Part shown: piece by piece, positions 11,351 to 19,824 of the stretch
Layout of the letters: each line of letters begins with the position of its first letter
How positions within the stretch are numbered: the first letter of the stretch is position 1
NCBI GenBank assembly: GCA_030647955.1
Contig: JAUSIQ010000038.1
Location: 421-64,420, forward strand
Direction of reading: 5' to 3'
Origin: a bacterium
GTDB taxonomy: Bacteria; Patescibacteriota; Minisyncoccia; 2-02-FULL-40-12; IGHO2-12-FULL-4
Length of the DNA stretch: 64,000 bases
Made by a program: the position numbers and the translations under genes
The notes under the pieces: generated by a model
Database searches by the model: none
Told to the model about the DNA's origin: nothing
What the model saw: only the letters and a program-made list of their open reading frames with translations

Positions 11351-11533
11351 GTGGTCGTGCAAGAAACATTATGCGAGCATTGTTCCAGAATTAAGGTTTT
11401 TACTGCCGAGGTAAAGGCTTGTTATAAGTGTGGGAAGACGTCGGATGCGGATAGGTATACGCTCAATTATTGCACGGATTGTGCGAAGACTTTAAAAGTA
11501 TGTCGCAACTGCGCGATGGATCTCAAACGGTGA
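11351..11533 (+). CDS. Small zinc-ribbon protein with four CxxC pairs
   Basis: GTG start with GGAGGT 6 nt upstream. Sequence CEHCS..(14)..CYKCG..(12)..CTDCA..(6)..CRNCA. The terminator hairpin overlaps the stop. Confidence 0.55.
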   Translation: MVVQETLCEHCSRIKVFTAEVKACYKCGKTSDADRYTLNYCTDCAKTLKVCRNCAMDLKR

Positions 11534-11548
11534 ATTTTTCACCGTTTT
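11519..11548 (+). terminator. Rho-independent terminator
   Basis: AACGGTGAA-tt-TTCACCGTT perfect hairpin followed by TTTTT. Confidence 0.6.
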
Positions 11549-11574
11549 TTTGTCGCACAATGTGAAGGGCGTCA

Positions 11575-11603
11575 TTGACTTGTGATTGCATTGCTTGTAT
11601 AAG
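11575..11603 (+). promoter_or_regulatory. Sigma70-like promoter (TTGACT-17-TATAAG)
   Basis: -35 at 11575-11580 and -10 at 11598-11603. An AAGGAG SD lies upstream of the ATG at 11641. Confidence 0.5.
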
Positions 11604-11640
11604 ATAGATAGGTGTAGTTTTTTAAAAAAGGAGCAGGGAC

Positions 11641-12633
11641 ATGATAGCTCCGGAGCTTCGTAAGCTGTTGGCCAGGTTTATTATGGGCCAGGAGGAGGCC
11701 ATTGAGGCCGTAGTGAGAGCGGTGATAGTGGCTGATTTGGGTATTTGTGATCCTCATCGACCGTTGGGCACTTTTTTGTTCGTAGGACCAACGGGAGTAG
11801 GGAAGAGTCAGATTGGGCGAAGCTTGGCAAAAATTTTACATGACGACGATCAGCAAGTGGTAGCAATCAATTGCACCGAGTTCAAAAATCCTCATGATGT
11901 AGCCAAGTTGGTCGGCGCGCCTCCGGGATATATCGGGCATGAGCAACCGCCATTTTTGACCCCGGAAAAATTGATGAAAAAATTTACGGTTATCATTTTT
12001 GAAGAACTGGAAAAGGCTGATCGAAATCTTCAGGATTTGCTTTTACAAGTATTAGAGCGAGGAGAATTAAAAACCGGCCGCGGTGTTGATCTGAATTTCA
12101 CCAACTGCTTCATCATCATGACCTCTAATCTGGGCACCCGAGAGGCAGACAAAATGCGGCGAGGTTCATTGGGTTTTGGTGCGCCAAGGGTTATTATTCC
12201 AGAAGATTTGGCAGGTGAAGAGACTAAGGCGAGGGATGTCTACATGCGGGCGGTGGAAGATTATTTTTCCCCAGAGTTCATTAATCGTGTAGACGAAATC
12301 GTGATTTTCTCCCGTCTGCGATCTCCCCAGTTGATGGCCATTTTGGATAAATTCCTTTTGGATACGCGGGCGCGTTTGGCGATGATCGGTTGCGGATCAA
12401 TCATTACCGACAAAGCCAAGAATTTTCTTATTAATGTCGGAACTAATCTGCGCTACGGGGCGAGGCCGTTAAAGAGAGCGGTTCGAGAACATTTGGAGTT
12501 TCCTTTAGCTAATTTTATTGCAGAGCGAGGATTGGATCAGAATCAGGTTGCAGTGGTGGACTACTCTTCTATAGAGAAGAAACTGACATTTGAGATTATG
12601 GGTACGGCCGCGGCTCAAAAGATGGTCGCCTAA
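11641..12633 (+). CDS. Standalone Clp/Hsp100 D2-type AAA+ ATPase (ClpA/B D2-like, AAA_2 plus ClpB_D2-small)
   Basis: Walker A FVGPTGVGKS; GAPPGYIGHEQ; Walker B VIIFEELEKA; sensor FIIMTSNLG; LGF tripeptide in RRGSLGFGAP, which resembles a ClpP-docking loop; C-terminal YGARPLKRAVREHLEFPLA. No N domain or D1. Confidence 0.7.
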   Translation: MIAPELRKLLARFIMGQEEAIEAVVRAVIVADLGICDPHRPLGTFLFVGPTGVGKSQIGRSLAKILHDDDQQVVAINCTEFKNPHDVAKLVGAPPGYIGHEQPPFLTPEKLMKKFTVIIFEELEKADRNLQDLLLQVLERGELKTGRGVDLNFTNCFIIMTSNLGTREADKMRRGSLGFGAPRVIIPEDLAGEETKARDVYMRAVEDYFSPEFINRVDEIVIFSRLRSPQLMAILDKFLLDTRARLAMIGCGSIITDKAKNFLINVGTNLRYGARPLKRAVREHLEFPLANFIAERGLDQNQVAVVDYSSIEKKLTFEIMGTAAAQKMVA

Positions 12634-12638
12634 AGGGC

Positions 12639-12670
12639 GAGACCCAACTATGAAGGTGGGTCTTTTTTTA
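12639..12670 (+). terminator. Rho-independent terminator
   Basis: AGACCCA...TGGGTCT hairpin followed by TTTTTTT. Confidence 0.5.
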
Positions 12671-12673
12671 TTC

Positions 12674-12702
12674 TTGAATTCCATCGGGATTGAGGCTATA
12701 AT
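12674..12702 (+). promoter_or_regulatory. Sigma70-like promoter (TTGAAT-17-TATAAT)
   Basis: -35 at 12674-12679, -10 at 12697-12702, upstream of the prfB ATG at 12724. Confidence 0.5.
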
Positions 12703-12723
12703 TTTAATATTGTGCAGAGCCTT

Positions 12724-13798
12724 ATGGAAGAACAATTATTAAGCCGCCAATTGGAAGATTTACGCGAAGAGACCCGCCAATTAGCGGACCGTCTTTGAGG
12801 TTGTCCACAAGCAGGGCCGCATCAAGGAAATCGAGGTGGCCATGCAAGATGCCGGTTTCTGGCAGAATTCCGCCCAGGCTCAAGAAAAAGTTGCCGAACT
12901 GAATAGTTTAAAGGCCGAGATCGAAGAATGGCAAGAGTTAGATTTGCAAATTGAACTTTTGAAAGATGTTGCGGAAGAAGAAGCGCGAAAACAGTTGCCG
13001 GCTTTACAAAAGGCTTTGGCGAAATTAAGGATGCGCACGCTGTTTTCCGGAAAGCATGATAAGAGCGATGCCTTGTTGGAAATATTTTCCGGAGCGGGAG
13101 GTGTCGATGCCCAAGACTGGGCCAGTATGCTGTTACGGATGTATACTCGCTATACGGATAAGAGTAATTTTACTTTCAAAATTTTACATCAATCGTGGGG
13201 TGAACAAAAAGGAACCAAGTCAGCCACCATTGAAATCAGAGGAAAGTTTGCTTACGGTTATTTAAAAGGAGAGTCCGGCGTACATCGCTTGGTCAGAATC
13301 TCTCCCTTTTCATCCAAGAGCTTACGGCACACCTCTTTCGCTTTGGTGGAGGTTTTACCCTTGATTGAAGGTAAAGTTGATTTAAAAATTAAACCTGAAG
13401 ATTTAAGAATCGATACTTTTCGTTCTTCCGGTCCAGGCGGCCAGAATGTGAATAAACTAGAAACGGCCGTGAGAGTGACGCATCTGCCAACGAGTTTGAG
13501 CGTGGCGGTGCAATCGGAAAGATCACAAAGTCAAAATAGAGAAAAAGCTTTGGCGGTGCTCTATTCCAGATTAATTAAGATGATGGAGGAAAAAGAAATC
13601 GCCGAAGTGGAAAAATTAAAATCATTGCAGGAGCCGGGAGGAATTGAGTGGGGTAGCCAGATTCGTTCCTACGTTCTCCATCCTTACAAACTAGTCAAAG
13701 ATCATCGTACCAACGTAGAGTCTCACGATCCGGAAGGGGTTTTAGAAGGTGACCTCGAGGAGTTTATACAGGCAGAGATCAGTTCATCAGGTTCATAA
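12724..13798 (+). CDS. prfB: Peptide chain release factor 2, with programmed +1 frameshift at CTT TGA G (12793-12799)
   Basis: Frame-1 ORF MEEQLLSRQLEDLREETRQLADRL ends at an in-frame TGA at 12796-12798. The +1 frame continues EVVHKQGRIKEIEVAMQDAGFW... The SPF motif (VRISPFSS) and the GGQ motif (GPGGQNVNKLETAVRVTHLPT) identify RF2. Confidence 0.85.
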
Positions 13799-13865
13799 AG
13801 TACAAATCATAAAACTTTAAGAACTTGATAAACTTTCTACTTTATAACTAGTTTGCCAAGCAATC

Positions 13866-14549
13866 ATGATCAATTTCAAAAAAGTAACCAAAAAATATAC
13901 TCATCACTTCACGGCTTTAGAAGATATTAATTTAGAAATTAAGCCGGGAGAATTTGTTTCTTTGGTGGGACCATCGGGTGCGGGTAAATCGACTTTGATT
14001 AAGATGTTGATCAAAGAAGATCGGCCCACTTCGGGCCAGGTCATTTTGGACGGAGTGGATTTGGCGGATGTGCGCGATCGCGACATCCCTTTTTTGCGCC
14101 GCAAGATCGGGACTATTTTTCAAGACTTTCGTTTGTTAGACAGTAAGACGGCCTTCGAGAATGTCGCCTTTGCCTTGGAGGTCTCGGGAGCAGGTGAAGA
14201 CGAAATTGCCGAAGACGTGCCGCGAGTATTAGCGATTGTTGGTTTGTCTGAAAAGCACACTAACTTTCCCAAAGAAATGTCCGGCGGAGAAAAGCAAAGG
14301 CTAGCTATTGCTCGGGCGCTCATTCATCGCCCTAAAATCATTTTGGCCGACGAGCCAACCGGTAATTTGGATTTAGTGAACAGTTACGATGTGCTAAAAT
14401 TATTGTGGCGTATTAATGAGTTGGGAACGACGGTCATTTTAGCCACTCACGATCGCGAAATTGTTAATACGGTTGGTAAGCGGGTGATTTCAATGGAAAA
14501 AGGGCGCGTAGTGCGTGACCAATTAGAAGGCGGTAAATATATAATTTAA
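13866..14549 (+). CDS. ftsE: Cell division ABC ATPase FtsE
   Basis: Walker A GPSGAGKSTL, signature LSGGEKQRLAIARAL, Walker B ILADEPTGNLD. Immediately followed by ftsX. Confidence 0.8.
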   Translation: MINFKKVTKKYTHHFTALEDINLEIKPGEFVSLVGPSGAGKSTLIKMLIKEDRPTSGQVILDGVDLADVRDRDIPFLRRKIGTIFQDFRLLDSKTAFENVAFALEVSGAGEDEIAEDVPRVLAIVGLSEKHTNFPKEMSGGEKQRLAIARALIHRPKIILADEPTGNLDLVNSYDVLKLLWRINELGTTVILATHDREIVNTVGKRVISMEKGRVVRDQLEGGKYII

Positions 14550-14551
14550 AT

Positions 14552-15484
14552 ATGGAAAAAGAAAAACAAGTCGTAAAGTCTTATTCTCTCGCTCGCATCA
14601 TCAAAGCCGGTTGGATCAATTTTCGCCGCAATAGCTTTTTGAGTTTTGGAGCAACGGGAATATTGGCTTTAGCCCTTTTGGTTTTATCCGGACTGATCAT
14701 TCTCAATTTCTTTACGGACACCGTGGTCTCGTCTTTGGATGAAAAGGTGGATGTGAGTGTCTATTTCCAAGACAGCGCCAAAGAGGATCAAATTTTAAAA
14801 ATTAAATCAGATCTGGAGGGCCTTAACAATGTTAAGGCCGTGGCTTACGTTTCGAAAGAACAAGCTTTGGAAGATTTTAAAAGCCGTCATGGAACTGATC
14901 AGTTAATTCAAGATTCTATTTCCGAGCTGGATTACAATCCCTTGCAGTCTTCTTTGAATGTCAAAGCGACCGCTTTTGGTCAGTATGCTTCGATTGTAAA
15001 ATTCTTAGAAGATAACCCTCTCAAAACGGCTATCGATAAAATTAACTTTTACGAAAACGAGGCCGCCATCAATCGCATTGAAAGCATTTCCAAAGGATTA
15101 AGTGTGTGGGGAACGACTATCACCATCTTTTTGGCCTTGGTGGCCGTGTTGGTAACCTTTAACACCATTCGTCTTACCATTTATAACAAAAAAGAAGAGA
15201 TCGAAATTATGAAATTAGTCGGTGCGTCCAGTTGGCATATTCGGGGACCATTTGTGGCCGAAGGGGCGTTCTATGGAATATTTGCCGCCATCTTGGCCTT
15301 GGCCATATTTTACCCGGCCATCCATTTTGCTTCTCCCAAAGTTTTATCCTTTGCTCCGAACATTAACCTTCAAGGTTACTTTATGAATTATCTAGGTGAG
15401 ATGCTCTTGGTGGTCTTCGGCGTAGGCCTTCTTTTGGGCATGATCTCTAGCGGTATCGCTATCCGCAAGCATCTCAAAATCTAG
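14552..15484 (+). CDS. ftsX: Cell division permease FtsX
   Basis: N-terminal TM, large periplasmic loop, C-terminal three TM helices. Positioned after ftsE. Confidence 0.75.
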   Translation: MEKEKQVVKSYSLARIIKAGWINFRRNSFLSFGATGILALALLVLSGLIILNFFTDTVVSSLDEKVDVSVYFQDSAKEDQILKIKSDLEGLNNVKAVAYVSKEQALEDFKSRHGTDQLIQDSISELDYNPLQSSLNVKATAFGQYASIVKFLEDNPLKTAIDKINFYENEAAINRIESISKGLSVWGTTITIFLALVAVLVTFNTIRLTIYNKKEEIEIMKLVGASSWHIRGPFVAEGAFYGIFAAILALAIFYPAIHFASPKVLSFAPNINLQGYFMNYLGEMLLVVFGVGLLLGMISSGIAIRKHLKI

Positions 15485-15509
15485 CGATACATTTGACAAA
15501 TCTTATCTT

Positions 15510-15812
15510 TTGTCCTATACTCTTAACATAGTTTTTTTAAAGGAGAAAGCAGTGGAGAACAAGACCGAAAGGCTTCTGGACAGTGTCAATAATGTGGCCG
15601 ATAAGTTGTATAAGGGGCAAATTAGTCAGATTACCCCCGTTCAGTGGCTCATTGTTATGGCGTCGGTTATTGTATTCTTAAGCATTGTTGGATTGATCTT
15701 GAGCTTGGGGAGCGTGCTTGTCTTTGTCTTGCTCGACCTTGTTGTAACGATTCTGTGGCCCGCGGTAATTATTTTGTTGATTTGGATGGTAATATTGCGC
15801 ATTAGGCGCTAG
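15510..15812 (+). CDS. Small hypothetical membrane protein. The likely start is the GTG at about 15552, which has an AAGGAG SD.
   Basis: Two hydrophobic helices. AAGGAG lies 6 nt before the internal GTG. Confidence 0.4.
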   Translation: MSYTLNIVFLKEKAVENKTERLLDSVNNVADKLYKGQISQITPVQWLIVMASVIVFLSIVGLILSLGSVLVFVLLDLVVTILWPAVIILLIWMVILRIRR

Positions 15813-15933
15813 CGGTCTTATGGGTGTTCTTTCTTAGCTCCGATTTTTCGGAGTTTTTTCTTGAAAAAAGCCCATTTTTGTTTTACAGTATGGTTTATTG
15901 CCCCATTGTGGGGGTATTTAATATCTAATCTTT

Positions 15934-16004
15934 TGCGGGATCGTCTAGCGGTAGGACGTCGCTCTCTGAAAGCGAAAACCTTGGTTCGACCCCAAGTCCC
16001 GCAG
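15934..16004 (+). tRNA. tRNA-Gln (anticodon CTG)
   Basis: Hand-folded. Acceptor TGCGGGA/TCCCGCA with the U1-A72 pair typical of bacterial tRNA-Gln. D stem GTCT/GGAC, anticodon stem TCGCT/AGCGA with loop CTCTGAA, T stem CTTGG/CCAAG with loop TTCGACC. Confidence 0.8.
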
Positions 16005-16007
16005 CAC

Positions 16008-16036
16008 TTGATTTACATCATAGGATGTGGTATAAT
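16008..16036 (+). promoter_or_regulatory. Strong sigma70-like promoter with extended -10 (TTGATT-17-TGgTATAAT)
   Basis: -35 at 16008-16013, TG at 16028-16029, -10 at 16031-16036. Sits directly after the tRNA-Gln 3' end. Confidence 0.55.
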
Positions 16037-16042
16037 TATACT

Positions 16043-16312
16043 ATTCAGGAAGGAGATAACATGTTCATTTGCAAAAATGCCTGAAGGACGATGGACACTT
16101 CGCGGTCCATGGCTTCCAATCGAGGGGCCCATGCGAAGTCTGTAATAAAACAAAGAACTGCGTGGACTTTAAGTGCCCGCCGCGCACGAAGGCACCAAAG
16201 AAGTAACTCGGCTCTACGCCCAGGGGGTCCGCAAAGGAGTTCGCTCGAAATTCGAGCTCTCCCGAGCGGCCAGCCTCGCCTATGACGCAAGTCTAGGCGG
16301 GGCTTTTTTGTT
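16043..16312 (+). ncRNA. Candidate structured RNA or leader of unknown class (GC-rich, multi-hairpin, bounded by promoter and terminator)
   Basis: GC is about 58% against about 45% background. Hairpins ACTTCGC/GCGAAGT, GTGCC/GGCAC, GGAG-GCTCGAA/TTCGAGC-CTCC and CTCGG/CCGAG are visible. Ends in a GCCTCGCC-15nt-GGCGGGGC stem followed by TTTTTT. The only ORFs are a 7-codon ORF and an Arg-rich 64-codon ORF typical of GC-rich RNA. Confidence 0.35.
16273..16310 (+). terminator. Rho-independent terminator
   Basis: GCCTCGCC...GGCGGGGC 8-bp stem (one G-U pair) followed by TTTTTT. Confidence 0.55.
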
Positions 16313-16399
16313 GGTTTTTGTGTGAGGTGTTGACTTCCTTCTTAGATAAAGTGTACACTGGCATATTAAAGTATTAAAATTAAATTATTTTTTATCCAT

Positions 16400-19300
16400 A
16401 TGGCAATCACAAAGAATAAGTTTCTGATAACTCCCGTTATATTTCTATTAATTTCCATTGGTTTTTTGAATGTCCAAAAAACCAATGCCGACATCACCAC
16501 CGGCTTAGTCGGTCATTGGGAGTTTGATGAGGGGTCAGGTACAGTTGCTACTGATTCATCAGGAAGCGGAAATACGGGGACATTGACCAACGGCCCGACT
16601 TGGGTCGCTGGTAAGGTTGGCAGCGGGGCAGTGAGATTGGATGGGACGAATGATTATGTGTTGCTTAACAATACTGTCATCGGCACCCAGAATTTAACAT
16701 TTTGCGCCTGGGTATATCAAAATTCTTCTCCGCCCAACCGTTTTAACAGCATTATAGATAACACGCAGTTCAATGTGACAGTCGATACTTATTCTGCTCC
16801 GACTCTGAATTTTAGAGCTTCAAATAATGGCGGGGCGAGCGCCATCTCGAGCAGCGCTTATCAAACCAATACCTGGAATCACGTTTGTTTCATCCGAAGC
16901 GGGAGCACTGGTACTTTTTACATAAATGGATCTATTTCCGGAACAGCCGACCAGAGCATAGGAACGCCGACCGCGACTGGTTTTCCTTCTGCCATTGGCC
17001 AGTACAGCAGTATTAACGCAACCAATTTTTATGGAAGTATGGACGAAGTCCGCATCTATAACCGCGCTCTTTCTGCATCTGATGTGGTTGAGTTGTACAA
17101 CTACACCGGCACTCCTTCTGATACTGAAGCCCCTTCTATTCCGACAGATCTTTCAGCAACAACTGTTTCTTCATCTGAAATCAATCTTTCCTGGACTGCT
17201 TCCACAGACAATGTAGGAGTAGCCGGATACAGCGTCTTCAGATGCCAAGGAGTCGGCTGCACTCCATCAGTGGAGGTCGCTACTTCTGCCACAAACTCGT
17301 ATTCCGATTCCGGTCTTACTGCTAGTAGTACCTATGCTTATACAGTGGCTGCGTATGATGCAGCAGTAAATGTCTCAAGTCAATCAATCTCTGCCTCTGC
17401 CACCACTCAAGCTCCTGCTCCAGACACAACCCCGCCTGTGAGATCAGCTGGTGCTCCGTCCGGAACATTGGCAACCGGCACCACCGGCACCACTCTTTCG
17501 CTCACCACTGATGAAACTGCCAATTGCAGATATTCTACGATTGCTGATACTGCCTATGCCTCAATGACTGACACCTTCTCTACGACTGGCAGCACTTCCC
17601 ATTCAACCGCAGTATCAGGATTATCTGACGGCAACACTTATAATTATTATGTTAGGTGCGAGGATTCAGTTGGAAACCCAAATACTACTGATTACACCAT
17701 TACTTTTTCGGTAGCCAGTCCCGGCACAGGCAACACGATTAACGCTGCCAGCTGTTCCCAGACAGATGTTCAGAATGCCATAAACCTTGCCATAGACGGT
17801 GATACAGTAAATATTCCGGAAGGAACTTGTCCTTGGACAGGCACGGTGACCGTCAACACTGCCATTACTGTTACTGGTCCCACTTGTACTACGGACGCCA
17901 ATGGTCGAGCGACATCCTGCCCGACTGTGATTACAAATAATGTCAGCAGCGGTAATGTTATGACTGCGAATTTGGTATATGACAAAATTACGCGCATCTC
18001 TAACCTCGAGTTTGCCAGTGGAACCGGCGGGGCGCAGTTTATGGCGATCAATGGAGCGAATACTGACAATCGGCGCTTTCGGGTTGATCATGTCAAAATG
18101 ATGGTGACAGGATCGACTTTTTGTGCGTTCTCATTCGGTCAAGCCTATGGCGTGGTGGATCACAGCACGATCGCGGGCAACAAACCAGCCTATGTCGGCT
18201 TTATCTTCGGTAAGAATGGCTCGGGTTCTGGCGACGAAAACTTCTATGCTGGACCGCAGTGGGGAACGGACAAGTATGTGTTTTTTGAAGACGTTACTAT
18301 GGATCAGACAAACCCTGACTTTCAACTAACCTTGTTTGAATCGCACGCTGGCGGGCGGTATGTCCTGCGCAATTCTACTCTCAACCGCGGCCTCTTCGAA
18401 GTTCACGGCAGTGATGGCAGTCGCCATCGCAGTACAGTGGCCATTGAGGTGTATAATAATGTGTTCACTACGTCTGCTATCGGTTCTGGTATTGGTTTCC
18501 TGCGGGGCGGCGTGCAAACCATCCATGACAATGCGATTTATTCACCCGGTGGTAATAACGTTAGCATGGATCTATTGACTTCGCGGATCATTGATCCGGT
18601 CTCTTCCTTTGGCATGGCAGATGGGCGCAATCAGTGGGATGTGAACAATCCTGGCAATCCCTTTACCACTGATACTGCAGTCGCTGCCGGTGTATTGACC
18701 GTTGATATGAGCGGGGCACCATGGACGAATGATCAATGGAAAGGCTACACAGTGCGAAAGACGGGTGGTCCCTCGGTTAGAACCTGTTCGCAATTGATTC
18801 GCAACGGCGACATTGTTACAGCAACGTGCAATAGCCACGGGTTTTCCAGCGGGGAACGCGTCAGCGTTTATGGAGCGGCACTCAATACCGGAAATCTTAG
18901 TTCGTATGCCAGTATTTACCCAATTAGTAATGTCACTGCTAACACTTTTAGCTTCACGTTGCACGGTGGCTCCGGCACGCCGGCTGATGTAATGAGCGGG
19001 GAGATTCTTGCCACCCGGGGCGTGTGGGCGAGTGTGATTACGCAGAACGACAATAACACACTAAACTTCAGTGGTTCGCTCTTCGGCGATTATCTCACTT
19101 TTTCAGTCGGTGATACATTCGAAATCAATAAAGTAGACCATTCGCTTGACCAGAATGGGCGTGCCGGAGGGTCCTTCATTACTGGGGAAGGTGGTCCCAC
19201 GCCACCTCCGGGCTGGAACGATCAGACAACAATAGGTAATTATGAGTGGAATAATGTGCGATGCCCGAGCTCGCCGCCTACGCTAAATTGTGTCGGCGGG

Positions 19301-19732
19301 TCCGCGGCGGAAGTCTCTTTTGTAGCGCAGCATCCCCAGCTTCAAGAAGGCGTCCATTATTTCAATGATGCCCAGCGCGCTGGTTATACTCCTTTTATCT
19401 ATCCTCATCCATTGGTAATTGGAGGTGGCACTCCGCCGCCCCCTGCTCCTGATACCACTGCCCCTGCCATCTCCTTTGCGTCAAATATCACTTCTTCAGG
19501 GGCCACAGTTATCTGGGGTACCAACGAACTGGCTACTTCTCAGGTGGAATACGGCGTTACACCTTCATATGGGAACCAGACCGTAGAAGACACAGTTCTT
19601 AAGACCAACCACTCCGTAATCCTTTCAGGCTTGTCTCCGATCACAACTTATAATTTCCGCATCAGAACCAAAGATGCAGATGGTAATTTAGGACTTTCTT
19701 CTAATTATACATTTACCACTTCTGCTCCCTAG
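16400..19732 (+). CDS. Giant secreted surface protein: signal peptide, LamG/concanavalin-like domain, FN3 domains, beta-helix-like region, C-terminal FN3
   Basis: Signal peptide MAITKNKFLITPVIFLLISIGFLNVQKTNA. LamG_3-like segment LVGHWEFDEGSGTVATDSSGSGNTGTLTNGPTWVAGKVGSGAVRLDGTNDYVLL. FN3 segments DTEAPSIPTDLSATTVSSSEINLSWTAS..NVGVAGYSVFRC and DTTAPAISFASNITSSGATVIWGTNELATSQVEYGVTPSYGNQ. Confidence 0.6.
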   Translation: MAITKNKFLITPVIFLLISIGFLNVQKTNADITTGLVGHWEFDEGSGTVATDSSGSGNTGTLTNGPTWVAGKVGSGAVRLDGTNDYVLLNNTVIGTQNLTFCAWVYQNSSPPNRFNSIIDNTQFNVTVDTYSAPTLNFRASNNGGASAISSSAYQTNTWNHVCFIRSGSTGTFYINGSISGTADQSIGTPTATGFPSAIGQYSSINATNFYGSMDEVRIYNRALSASDVVELYNYTGTPSDTEAPSIPTDLSATTVSSSEINLSWTASTDNVGVAGYSVFRCQGVGCTPSVEVATSATNSYSDSGLTASSTYAYTVAAYDAAVNVSSQSISASATTQAPAPDTTPPVRSAGAPSGTLATGTTGTTLSLTTDETANCRYSTIADTAYASMTDTFSTTGSTSHSTAVSGLSDGNTYNYYVRCEDSVGNPNTTDYTITFSVASPGTGNTINAASCSQTDVQNAINLAIDGDTVNIPEGTCPWTGTVTVNTAITVTGPTCTTDANGRATSCPTVITNNVSSGNVMTANLVYDKITRISNLEFASGTGGAQFMAINGANTDNRRFRVDHVKMMVTGSTFCAFSFGQAYGVVDHSTIAGNKPAYVGFIFGKNGSGSGDENFYAGPQWGTDKYVFFEDVTMDQTNPDFQLTLFESHAGGRYVLRNSTLNRGLFEVHGSDGSRHRSTVAIEVYNNVFTTSAIGSGIGFLRGGVQTIHDNAIYSPGGNNVSMDLLTSRIIDPVSSFGMADGRNQWDVNNPGNPFTTDTAVAAGVLTVDMSGAPWTNDQWKGYTVRKTGGPSVRTCSQLIRNGDIVTATCNSHGFSSGERVSVYGAALNTGNLSSYASIYPISNVTANTFSFTLHGGSGTPADVMSGEILATRGVWASVITQNDNNTLNFSGSLFGDYLTFSVGDTFEINKVDHSLDQNGRAGGSFITGEGGPTPPPGWNDQTTIGNYEWNNVRCPSSPPTLNCVGGSAAEVSFVAQHPQLQEGVHYFNDAQRAGYTPFIYPHPLVIGGGTPPPPAPDTTAPAISFASNITSSGATVIWGTNELATSQVEYGVTPSYGNQTVEDTVLKTNHSVILSGLSPITTYNFRIRTKDADGNLGLSSNYTFTTSAP

Positions 19733-19740
19733 TCTCGAAA

Positions 19741-19768
19741 ATACCCCGACGAGCGTCGGGGTATTTTG
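19741..19768 (+). terminator. Rho-independent terminator
   Basis: ATACCCCGACG/CGTCGGGGTAT 11-bp stem followed by TTTTG. Confidence 0.6.
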
Positions 19769-19824
19769 TTCAGGAGGGACAGCAAATATTTTTTGCAGAT
19801 TATTTTTTTTGCTATACTCATGGT

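Noticed and set aside
11135-11362. 75-aa minus-strand ORF between the hydrolase and the zinc-ribbon gene
   Set aside because: It overlaps the 5' end of the alpha/beta hydrolase gene and the promoter/SD region of the zinc-ribbon gene. It has no SD and no recognisable features, so it is probably spurious.
9977-11600. tRNA-Gly-associated genomic island or integrated element
   Set aside because: There is no integrase, no direct repeat of the tRNA 3' end, and no phage or plasmid genes. There is only an alpha/beta hydrolase and the zinc-ribbon/AAA+ pair, so a mobile island cannot be supported from the sequence.
15861-16145. 94-aa ORF from the ORF track
   Set aside because: It overlaps tRNA-Gln (15934..16004) and the downstream promoter and structured RNA region. 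It has no SD and an odd composition, so it is spurious.
16043-16312. Assignment of the structured RNA to RNase P, tmRNA, 6S, SRP RNA or a known riboswitch class
   Set aside because: I could not find the conserved cores. There is no GGAAAGTCCGGGC/AGGGTGAAA for RNase P. There is no tRNA-like 3' end or tag ORF for tmRNA. There is no AAGCAGCC-type SRP domain IV motif, only a weak resemblance around CCAGGGGGTCCGCAAAGGAG. There are no B12, TPP or GEMM boxes. The class is left open.
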